NCBI GenBank assembly: GCA_000934665.2
Contig: KZ539034.1
Span: forward strand, 1 to 35,758
Direction of reading: 5' to 3'
DNA: 35,758 bases
DNA from: Catajapyx aquilonaris
Taxonomy: Eukaryota
Shown piece by piece: positions 11,163 through 21,231 of this stretch. The position numbers and the translations under genes are program-made. Positions within the stretch are counted from its first letter, which is position 1. The number at the start of each line of letters is the position of its first letter. The notes beneath the pieces were generated by a model. It was given only the letters and a program-made list of their open reading frames with translations, made no database searches and had not been told where the DNA came from.

Positions 11163-12504
11163 GCACGCTTCGAAATCATTTTTATGTAGCAATTTATGAA
11201 TCAAGTTTAATCAATAATTTACATATCACTGATACCGACACTGGGACCGACATCCAGCGACCAGCGACCTGATGCAGGTGTTTTGGCTTCGGAATATCTC
11301 CTTTTGACTTGTATTTTGACCCTGGCACCCTGCTAACGTGAAAATAAGTAGCAGAGGTGATGTTTGCACAACACTATAGAGTATAGGCCAAGCAGAATTA
11401 GAAAATACAAAAAAATCTAAATTTAAGAGGGTAACAAGTTTGGTTTTCAGTAGTGTCCAAAGCTGGTCCCCAAAGAATAATGAATGTACCGAGTTTCATA
11501 CTTTTGTCACAAAATGCAGTTAAACCCCGTAGCATCCGGACTATTAAAAACAATATTTAGGAAGAAGGGGCGAATATCCATTTAAATTTTACACTTAAAT
11601 ATACGGTATATAAATATTTTCTAATTGTTATTGCCAAAGAAAATCAATGCAATCCAAAAATTTTGAGCTTATACAGCGATACTGCGATTTGTGAGGGCGA
11701 TTTTAAACCTATGATTAGCTCTCCTGTAAAAATAAAATGGTATATTCGCCCTTTCTCCTTAATGCCGACTATGTGACTTTGTAACCTTTTGTCGTCAGGA
11801 ATCGTCGTATGAATGTCAGGAATGACCATACTCGCCTTGTACGGAAGTATTGAATATTTCCGCTTCTCGTGATTCCGGCCGATATACACGTATGCATTAT
11901 ACAGCCCTGGTTGAAGGCACGCCTGCCTACCTAGACCCATCTCAGCGAGGGGTTGTGGCGGATGGAAATGTCCAGATAGGACTAACGTTGGTGGATCTCA
12001 CCTCTGACATTCCGATAGTTAGGTTCGTCATCTATAATTCGAAAAGGGTACGACCACTCTATCCATACGTAACAATCACAGCCAAGAGCTGTGACGTTAT
12101 AGGCCTACACACTTTTATTTCACACTGTTTTTATTCAAGTGAATCCTGAGTGAATCTCACGAGCCCCACAGTAAAACATCTTTTTATAATAAATACAGTA
12201 GTTTAATAAAACTGTATACCACAGACCATAACATGTTTCAAGCACAAAATAATATGCTAAATCAAACGATCTTCTTCTCCGTCTCTTTTGGTAAATTAAG
12301 AGTGACCTTCTCCTGTTTCTATAGGCTATAAGTAACTTCATCACTCATAAGTAGGCCTACCTTACTTCGGGTTCTTTAATACAGGCATCTTCAGTGGGAT
12401 CAAGGAAGTACAGTACTTCCAGTTGTGACCATAATCCAAATAGTTCTTTAAGTAATCTTCATCTATTCGGCCTGTGATTTGTTCCTTTATCATTTGATTC
12501 GCCA

Positions 12505-12659
12505 CGGGGGCGGATCCAGGAATGGGGGGGGGGGGNNNNNNNNNNNNNNNNNNNNNNCCCCCCCCCCCCCAACAACGGCGTCTAGATCCGCCACTGGAGC
12601 CGTGGGGGGGGGGGGGGGGCGATCGCCCCTTCGCCCCCCCACCCCTGGATCCGCCACTG
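12505..12659. mobile_element. hAT-type MITE containing a nested end of the 1418-1608 family (spans an N gap)
   Basis: TIRs CGGGGGCGGATCCAGG...CCTGGATCCGCCACTG with 8-bp TSD ATTCGCCA (12497-12504, 12660-12667). The internal end at 12571-12596 is a near reverse complement of the left end of the 1418 element. Confidence 0.78.
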
Positions 12660-12884
12660 ATTCGCCAACTGTTCAGCATTTGCTCTTTCCTTTCCAATAA
12701 CCTGTATAGGTATGAGAAAGGAGGGAGAGGTTCATGAAGCAAGTTATCAATCATGAGAGATATCAAATGGATGGTGCAGAAAATTGTACAATAGTAATGT
12801 ATCTCCTCTGCGGTTCTAGTATCTATAGTGTATACCGCCCAAATCTCTTTCCGGACATGGCAGAAAAAGGAATACTGACCAAAC

Positions 12885-13027
12885 CAAGGGGGTAATCACT
12901 CGACTGAAAAGTGTACACTGGAGTACCAAATTCAAGGAGTAGGCTACCACGGAGTAATAAAGAGTGAGGTGCCTGAGGAGTACCACTCCCAGGTGTACAC
13001 CGGAGTACAGAAGTGATTACCCCCTTG
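12885..13027. mobile_element. 143-bp MITE, P-element-like or hAT
   Basis: Perfect 16-bp TIR CAAGGGGGTAATCACT, 8-bp TSD GACCAAAC (12877-12884, 13028-13035), internal GGAGTA repeats. Confidence 0.8.
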
Positions 13028-13046
13028 GACCAAACCCTCTGGAATA

Positions 13047-13798
13047 TACAGGGTGTTCCAGAGTTAACGACTCACTCTTTGAAACGCAATTACTTTCGAA
13101 CGGAACAACATATTTATTTAAAGTACGTACCAAAACATCAAGGGAGGTTGCGAAAATCTTCCATGTAGGTGACAGTACTAAGCAATGCTCAGGTCTTGCA
13201 ACAAAAATGGCCGAAGCAAGACTGTCGTTAGAGAAACGCGTCCAGTGTGTTCGACTGTATTCAGTGACAAAAAATGTTACAGAAGTGTGCCGTCAAATGG
13301 CAAACCTTTTCGGTGGACCGGCTCCTACCCGAAAAACTGTTGCGAGGATAAACCAACGGTTCGATGAAACTGGAAGTGTCTTGGATCAAAAGAAACCCGG
13401 CAAAGGGAGAACAGTTGTGAATGCAGAAAACAAACAGCGCATCCGAGATGCACTGGAAAGTTCTCCAGCAAAAGCAAAATCAGTCCGACGCCTGTGGGGT
13501 TATCTGAAGGAAAAGGTTTACCACCATCGAATGGGCTCCCTGGAGCATCTGCGTGACATAATCACACAGGAATTCAACGCGATCCCTGTTGACTTCTGTC
13601 GGAAGGTGTGCGACAACGTCGCCTTGCGATTGCAGGCCTGCATCGACGTGGAAGGGGGGTTGACCATACCATGGACCATACCAGGTCTTAAGTTAGTATT
13701 TCCTTGATGTTTTGGTACGCACATTAAATAAATATGTTATTCCGTTCGAAAGTAATTGCGTTTCAAAGAGTGAGTCGTCAACTCTGGAACACCCTGTA
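13047..13798 (+). mobile_element. Internally deleted Tc1/mariner element, 752 bp
   Basis: TIRs of about 98 bp starting TACAGGGTGTTCCAGAG with 4 mismatches, TA on both sides, and a transposase-derived ORF inside. Confidence 0.9.
13207..13707 (+). CDS. Truncated Tc1/mariner transposase: HTH domain fused in frame to the C-terminal tail, catalytic core missing (166 aa)
   Basis: N-terminal HTH (PAPTRKTVARINQRFDETGSVLD...GKGRT...SP..KSVRR) runs directly into LWGYLKEKVY...RLQACIDVEGG. The DDD/E region and the SPDL motif that normally precede LWGYLK are absent. Confidence 0.75.
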   Translation: MAEARLSLEKRVQCVRLYSVTKNVTEVCRQMANLFGGPAPTRKTVARINQRFDETGSVLDQKKPGKGRTVVNAENKQRIRDALESSPAKAKSVRRLWGYLKEKVYHHRMGSLEHLRDIITQEFNAIPVDFCRKVCDNVALRLQACIDVEGGLTIPWTIPGLKLVFP

Positions 13799-15133
13799 TA
13801 GTAGGCACCCAAGCATTCTTTTTTGGCTTGGGAAGGACACGGGTCTTCTTGATGTCGTTGTCGTGGTTTTCCAACGAGGTCTCTGTAATCTTCATTCTGG
13901 ACGCAAGTTCCGGGAACATATATGAGGGCTGCAGACGGCTTGATTAGCGGTACATCCGAAGCGACGTACATGTTTCCCGCAGGTCGAGTTGGTTCATGCT
14001 GTAACCATAATAGCAGCAAATTAGAGTATGAACCCGGGATCATGACAAATAAGTTACGCAAGGGTGACCATGAATGAGAAGGAGATAAGTAGAATTAAAA
14101 GGAGTGATAGCAGTAAATAAATAGATTGAATAGACTCTAATGTGCACAAAAATATTCTGCCTACTGCATAGTGCATACAGAAAAGAGGTATAGGCCTACT
14201 GACTTTCGTCTCTGGAGCAGGGAGTGTCTTGGGCTGCTGCTTAGGCTTGACACGATTAGTTTTCGGCGAAGGACGGTACCACTGATATTTGGACGTAGGC
14301 GGGTCATTTTCATTTTTTTTTGCGCATTTGGTGTGTCAATGTAGAAAAAAATAATATTAATAACTGTGACCAATCCTGCAAGTAATTTTTCATTTACGTG
14401 AAAGAGACATTTATATGTGTTCATTTGATATCAAAAACATGGATTTGAATACATTCAGTCATATGTAACTAAATAAAAAATGATGAAAAGTGTATGGAAA
14501 TGAGGTGAAGCCGATAGCAAGATTAGTCCTTTGTGAATTTCATATACAGCTGTGTCAGTACCCCGATTTTTTGAACCCAATTTTTTTTACGCCTGTTATC
14601 ATTGGATACCCCAAAGTTTATACATATCATTGTCATGTAACATATAACTAAATTTTACAAATCGTTTAAGCATGTGAAGCGTGACATCGTCACACTGTTA
14701 CCATCTGACTGGTACTCTTGTATAGGAACTTGTGAAATCGCTCAAAATAGGGCAGTAAAATGCCCAAGTGTAGCATAGATTCAGTCGCGATGGAATCATT
14801 TGTCAGTTGGAAGATGAGTGCTGGACAAGGAGGAGGCTGGCCCTGTTTTCTCTCAAGGTTGCTGCGTATTTTTTCTGCCTGTCACGTATGTTACCTTCTT
14901 AAATCCTATTCACTGCATGTAATTGTCAAAGCTGAATTGAGCTTGTTGCATACTGAGGTCCCACCTCTTCAGGTACTAATAACTTTTCATAAAAACAAAT
15001 AGTCTGCGAGGAAAAAATTACTACATTCAATTTGTCACTGTCTGTTACTGTCACGTATGTTACCTATACCATAGAGTAACATATGTGATGGGCTTGGTAA
15101 CAAATGTGAATGATGACACCTATTATGCTATAA

Positions 15134-15352
15134 GGCAGAACAGCCTAACATCTGTTTGATTTCATCATCGCAGCCGCATATTCGTAAGCACCCATGACTG
15201 TTGCCTATTATTGTCACCAACAATAAGCAACAGCTATATGGTTGTGATGGATGTTATGGTTAATGATACGCCAAAGTCGTGGGCCGTGCGTGTGAGTATG
15301 GTTTCCCAACAGCTGATACGATGACATCAAACAGAAGTTAGGCTGTTCAGCC
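15134..15352. mobile_element. MITE nested in the Sola element (GGC termini, possibly PIF/Harbinger-like)
   Basis: TIRs GGCAGAACAGCCTAACATCTGTTTGAT / ATCAAACAGAAGTTAGGCTGTTCAGCC, with TATAA on both sides. Exact TSD length is ambiguous. Confidence 0.7.
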
Positions 15353-15429
15353 TATAATTGTATTTAGATCATAATCACATTGCTCTCATTAATGGTGCCA
15401 TGTATGTATGTCAAGTTTGAAGAAAAATC

Positions 15430-17045
15430 ATGGCCTTAACTGCAGCAGAAAAGTAAAGACGGTATCGAGAGAAACTGCGCAATGATCCTCAGCGGGAAGC
15501 AGAAAACTGCAGGAAAGATAGGGAGAGGTATGTAAAGTCATGTCTGTCATGACCATAGCCCACCAGCCATATGGGCACACATGTCCCCTGTGATCCGCTA
15601 CTTAAAGGGACACTCCAGTCTGAAGACAAGTTGATGTCTAAAAATCAGGCAAAAAATCCTGACTCCAACGCAAAAATCCGTTTGTCTCAAAACAGAACCG
15701 TAACCGGGGTCGTGGGGTCAAATCCTCGCCGTCTGCTAACCAAGCAGAGCCGCCACTCGGGGAATGGCAGTTTCAATGCGTTTTTCCCTATTCGGGAGTG
15801 TCGCCGCCTGCTGAGGATGATGTCAAACATCAAGCAGTCATACCTTTGGGATGGACCTAAGCGCTATTGTATGCGCATCTACAATTAGCTGCTACTTTTA
15901 GCTGCTAATTAGATCCATTAATTCCAAGATGGCGGCGCCCGGGCGGTCGAGAGCTAGTTGTAGTCACACGGAGGAGACTAGTACCGGTAAGTACCGGTAG
16001 TACCGGCTGATATGTAAATGCAGCTGTAAATAAATGCGTCAAATGCTGTCGCAGGTGATGTGGAGGGCCCCGCCGAGGTTGGCAGTGGCCCCAGTGGGGA
16101 AGGAGCGGGCTACATGGAGCCTAGCTGGCACGGGTTTCTCCCCTACCAATTCCAGCTTCTGGTTCCGGTTCCGAGTTCCGGGCGGTTCCAACCCCACCCA
16201 GTAGGTTGGAAAAAAATTGTATTTTGTTGCGCTTGGATCCATGGTTGGATCCGCCGCATTAACATTTATACATTTTCAATCGAGCGCGCCAGGCATTTGT
16301 CCGGTCGTCGTTTCACCACCCACCCGAGTGAGGCGCCACTTATGGCGAGTCGGCGAAGACACGCCTCCCGTGACGTCACTCCGCAAGCGGGGGATACGAA
16401 TGCTGCCAACTTTGACCTTCTCTCCGGGCCTTACGGTTCTGTTTTGAGACAAACGGATTTTTGCGTTGGGGTCAGGATTTTTTGCCTGATTTTTAGACAT
16501 CAACTTGTCTTCAGACTGGAGTGTCCCTTTAAAAGAGATTACACCAGAGGTGAATACACTACATTTTTTTCTGATGGACCTTCCACACAATACAGGTAGA
16601 AGAAAAACTTCTTTCTCTTCAACAAATTGCTTCTGGGAGAGGGATTTCAAAAAGGAACGTTGTCGTTTTTTGAGGCAGGACATGGGAAGGGGGTTGCCGA
16701 TGGGGTAGGGGGGTGTCTGAAGCGCCCAGCTGATGCACTTAAGCAGCCCATGGAAAAGATATATCTAATGCTAAAGCATTTTATGATCATTTGAAGAATG
16801 CCACTAATGTGAAATTGTTTTACGTTACTGAGAATGAAGTAGACTCTGTGTCAAAGAATGTGCCATCGTGCATTCCAACTCTGAAAGGTACCATGGCTAT
16901 CCACCAAGTTATGTGCAAAACACTGGGACTGTTAAGTTTCAGAGATGTGTCATGCTTCTGTGAAGGAAAAGAAGGATTTTGTGACTGTTATAATCCTCGA
17001 TTGTATTTTCTTGGTTGTCCCTTGTCAGCCTCTGATGATACATGA
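15430..17045 (+). pseudogene. Sola2-type transposase pseudogene
   Basis: MALTAAEK*RRYREKLRNDP, then after a large deletion HSPPAIWAHMSPVIRYL[Kolobok insertion]KEITPEVNTLHFF/SDGPSTQYR*KKNF...FFEAGHGKGVADGVGGCLKRPAD...KGTMAIHQV...RDVSCFC. Contains stops and frameshifts. Confidence 0.78.
15606..16528. mobile_element. Kolobok-type non-autonomous element nested in the Sola transposase
   Basis: TIRs of about 98 bp starting AGGGACACTCCAGTCTGAAG with 1 mismatch, TTAA TSD (15602-15605, 16529-16532) and purine-purine termini. Confidence 0.85.
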
Positions 17046-18633
17046 TGTCCAACCTCATATACAGTATGGTATAGAAAATGTGAATCAAGTTCTTTGGTAA
17101 GATTCATCATATTGCTATTATCATTTCTTGAAATGAGGAGTTGTCACATCTGTTACTAAATGTCACATCTGTTACCCAGGTGAATCTTTACCATAGCATT
17201 ATAGTGGTATGAGGTACTGTTAATTAAAGTATAGTAAGTGAAAGCCTCCCAGGTGCCTTACATATTTAAAAATATTACACCTATGTGCATGAGCTTCATA
17301 ACTCTGAGTCGCAAGTGAAACCTTGTGAAATTTTGATAATTCTCGTTGCCAGCCATTCCTATCCACAACAATTGAGCCGAATTTCATGTTTCCTGTAAAT
17401 AAAAAATAATACTACCACGAGAGTGGTGCTCTCCTTGTATGGGAGCATTACAACTTCAAGATTACGTACACAGTGCAGTGGTTTAAAAAAAAACATCCAC
17501 ACGATGGTAACAGAAGTGACAAAGGAAGCCACTATCCCCTGTTAAATCTGTAATATCAATTAAACTTCTCCGACCATATCATGTCCAACATGGGATTAAA
17601 ATACTACAGATGATTCCAAATCATGTGGCATAAGTTAAAACTATGACGTTTAGGTTTCATATTTCACAAACAAATATCGGCATTTGCTCAAAAAAAGAAG
17701 AAAATGACCCAGGCTCCTCTTTCACTTTCAAGGGCTTCAGAAGTTTTTCGAAACCCGTAGAGCGAGGTTGTTCAGGTGGCCATCGCTCCATGTTATAACG
17801 GCTGGGCCCACTCAGTTTGGCCTGTAACCATAATAGCAGTAAAAATTAAAGTATCAAGCTGGGAACATGACGAATCAGTGACAAAATTGCAATCTCACTG
17901 AATAAATAGGTTTATAACATTGATGCACAAATGCATAACATTAACAAAAGTACTATAATATGTTGCATCCTCTAACATAATAATTCTTTTGTGTACATAC
18001 TAGTAGTTAAATTTCAAGTGTAAGTAAAAATTTTTACCTCTGGAAAGAAAATTAGGTGGAAATTACTGGCAATAATATTGTGATGACGTAACCAATGTTG
18101 CCACCATCAACAATGGCGCATACTGTAGAGGGGCGCGGTTTTCGCGGATAACCACATCTACCATGTATACCATCATACATAAGCGTCGGATCGGGCTGGA
18201 AAAGAAAATTATGCACTTCACGGGAAGCGCCACTATTATTTTGTAGGTACTGGCTGTCAAAATACGAGTGAACAGGAATTCTGATGATGTCTGCTCCAAT
18301 ACGAATGTATAGTGTGATTTAAAATATTCTTCTGATGGCTGTTGCGATTTTTTTTGGCACTGAGCTGCTTATGTTTAAGCAGTTACTCTTGCATAGTTAC
18401 GTTCAGTGATTATCAAAAGTATTATCTGCTTCCATCGGGAAGGGTAGAGGTTTTTCTGCCCTCCTTCGTCCCATGCACGGCGGCAGGTTGCGGCCTGATG
18501 GTACCAACAACTCAGCAATGAGATGGTACTCCTGCCTCGCCCGTCCATTGTTGGTGGATGTGACCTGGGACACCGCCGAAGTCAACAACCCAGCATAGCC
18601 TGTCCTGTCGGCAATCTGTTGACCACCTCTTTT

Positions 18634-18923
18634 TTAAAACCCTGGAACGTGCCTGAAAGTTACGGTAACCGTGACGTGGGGTCTATTAGGACCCCATCCA
18701 TGTTTTAATATTAATTAATTTTTATATAATACTTTTCAATGTATTGACTATATGCAATCATTCTTGAACAATGCCTAAAATGATCGCTAATTCAAAATAA
18801 ACATGCACTTCCTGTTATATACTTTTTTAAATGGCAAAAGTTCATTGTAATTATCATTTTAGTGCATTTTAATTCCTTTGGGGTACTAAAAGACCCCACG
18901 TCACGGTTCCAGGTTTTTTTTAA
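18634..18923. mobile_element. piggyBac-like MITE (degenerate)
   Basis: Inverted ends CCTGGAAC..CCGTGACGTGGGGTC / GACCCCACGTCACGGTTCCAGG with TTAA near both ends. Confidence 0.55.
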
Positions 18924-19050
18924 AAAAAATCTGCGAGTACCTGATCAGGCTTCAGATTTTGTGTGTGTAGTTGGCAGGTGATCATACGAGGATAATGAGG
19001 ACCTCTTCCTCGATATCCGCTGGCAACCCCATATCTTTTTGGGAAACGCC

Positions 19051-19113
<63 letters not shown>

Positions 19114-19136
19114 ATTATTATTATTATTATTATTAT
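19051..19136. repeat. Compound microsatellite (ATG)20(ATT)8
   Basis: Directly visible. Confidence 0.97.
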
Positions 19137-19353
19137 CTGCTGAAGTTAGGCCAAATTGAATAATATGTCCAAGCTCTGAATTTCAATAAATTTCTGATTG
19201 AGAAATGGCAATTGGAGCAACTGACATCAAACGTGAATAACAGAATCCAATTTTTTGCAGGCTTCATAAAGGAAGGGTACACACAACCTAAAATTAGTAG
19301 CTAGTACTTTTGATTACGCTCGTATCACGTAAGTTAACTGTGCAATAATAACT

Positions 19354-19543
19354 GCCAGGAGAGCTCTCTACAAAGAGGCGTCGCGTGTGTTGCCGCCTTT
19401 GTCCAGGGGTAGGCCAATGTTTCAGGTTGTCTACCTCGTTACAGGTTGGTCCCTCGACATTTCTCCCCCTTACATTTTAGACTTCGTTTGGGCCATGGAA
19501 TATGCCACTTACGGCTTGACCTACTAGTAAGAAACACCCTGTA
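19354..19543. mobile_element. Solo right arm of the Tc1/mariner foldback MITE family seen at 27764-28330
   Basis: Closely similar to about 28130-28330; ends ...CTACTAGTAAGAAACACCCTGTA followed by TA. Confidence 0.8.
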
Positions 19544-20719
19544 TACTGTATAAGTGAAAGGCAATATTAGCGGTTAGTTACCTTCTGTAACAGATTCCCC
19601 CCCCCCCNCCCCTGTGATGTAGAATAAATTTTGGACCCTCTATGTTACCTGTCGGAGGGGGGCATGTGTATTGTTTTTAAAATACAGTATGTAATATATG
19701 ACGGGGTACTTCAATGTAAAATCTTGAAAAGGAAGGCCTTACTGTCTGGTCCTGCAGTGTCAAACTCAATAATTAATTTTAGAGTTTTAAAAAGCAACGT
19801 TTTGTTAAATAATGAATATTTCAGTATAAAATATACACATGGTGTTTCTTATTGCTAATGTAATATTCACTACAACTTAGAGAAAATTGGAGATGAGAGA
19901 AATGTCGAGGTACGCGAACCAACCGGTAACAAGATAGATAAGAAGATATATAATTTCCCGTCCTCTAACATAAAGTAATTTAAATCGAGACAGATGAAAA
20001 GGATGATAAAATATGCTCACTCAACATGTGTCATAAATAATGCAAGTTGGCTGTATACGATTGGGAGATCCAAAATGAATTGATTTTTAATTCCGCATGC
20101 TGTATGTAACTCTAGTAATAAAACAGTACCACATGAAAGCTGATGACGAGTTTTTCAAATGTGGTTTTCTATGTACAAGTCTAATTGGTAGTTAATTAAT
20201 GCTGTGAAATGGTAAATTAATTGAATTTTTATGCAAATATAGGCTTTATCAGCTTTAGAAAAAAACAATAAGTCACATCCATTGAATAATACAGTGAACA
20301 AAATAATGTGCCACAGGGCACAATAGTATAATATGTGGTCAACTTTTTTGCATGGTTGAAAATATTCACGTTTTACGTAATGAATTCTCGAGCCTCATTG
20401 GACAATTTTTATTTCGAGGAGTGATATTCCATATTGGTTTCAGAACATGCATGATATTAGGTACGTGCACATCATGTTTCAGGCCTACAATTTGTGCCTG
20501 ATAATTCACAAATGATTATTTCTGGTGATACTTCTTATAAAGACTCACTTAAACCTGAAAGTAGTATTCCATAAGTTATTTTATTAATTTTCTCACATAT
20601 GGGGGAAAATAATACATCGCATTAAGACAAGTTTGAAACACCCGCGGTTTTAGGCCTACTGTTCTTTGGGTCCCGAGCACGATCTATGAATACTCAGGTG
20701 TGGTCACTCCCACCCACCC

Positions 20720-21231
20720 CCTGCCGGGGCGTTTTGCAGAAGGTGCTCACTTGAGAGCGCCATGAGATTTAGAGCCCAGGTAAGTGGCGACCCTACCGGA
20801 CTAGGCTGAACTTTATAGGTACAAAAGGGAAGCGCTACATGCGGGCCCAACATGGGCGCCGGAGGCCATTTTGGGTCCACATGTAGCGCTTCCCTTTTGT
20901 ACCTATAAACTGCCGTCAGATGTGAGAGGACCTTAACTCAATATCCACTTCCCTTGCGGCGAGAAAAGAAAGCAAGTGTTACCGAAAGCATCCAAGAGGT
21001 GGCGTTGGGGGAAGGGGGGAAAAGGAACGGCACCCCAACTCCACCTGTTGGGTGCTTTTGGTACCACTGCTTTTTTTCTCGCCACTAGGGGAAGTGGATA
21101 TTGAGTTACGGTCCTCTCACATCTGACGGCAGTAAAGTTCAGCCTAGTCCGGTAGGGTCGCCACTTACCTGGGCTCTGAAATATCTCATGGCGCTCTCAG
21201 GTGAGTACCCCCTGCAAAATGCCTCGGCAGG
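20720..21231. mobile_element. Foldback element with arms of about 200 bp and a nested hairpin (20812-20909)
   Basis: Left arm CCTGCCGGGGCG...CCCAGGTAAGTGGCGACCCTACCGGACTAGGCTGAAC...ACTGCCGTCAGATGTGAGAGGACC pairs with about 21030-21231. No TSD resolved. Confidence 0.75.

Larger units (their letters stand above)
14301..17710 (+). mobile_element. Sola-superfamily (Sola2-type) DNA transposon, 3.4 kb, defective
   Basis: Imperfect TIRs GGGTCATTTTC...GAAAATGACCC (GRG...CYC termini), 4-bp TSD AGGC (14297-14300, 17711-17714), subterminal GTCAC(G/A)T(A/C)TGTTAC repeats and a transposase relic. Confidence 0.8.
12366..18338 (-). pseudogene. Relic of an unrecognised spliced gene, interrupted by four DNA transposons
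   Basis: Exon-like blocks with AG/GT boundaries: 18338-18067; 17821-17711 + 14296-14204 (open for 68 codons once Sola2 is removed); 13998-13799 + 13044-13036 + 12884-12880; 12701-12660 + 12496-12366. Junction phases are compatible, but stops and frameshifts remain. Confidence 0.5.

Noticed and set aside
15571..16683. ORFs of 105-179 aa inside the Kolobok-type element
   Set aside because: They read through the TIRs (same peptide on both strands) and show no THAP or DDE motifs.
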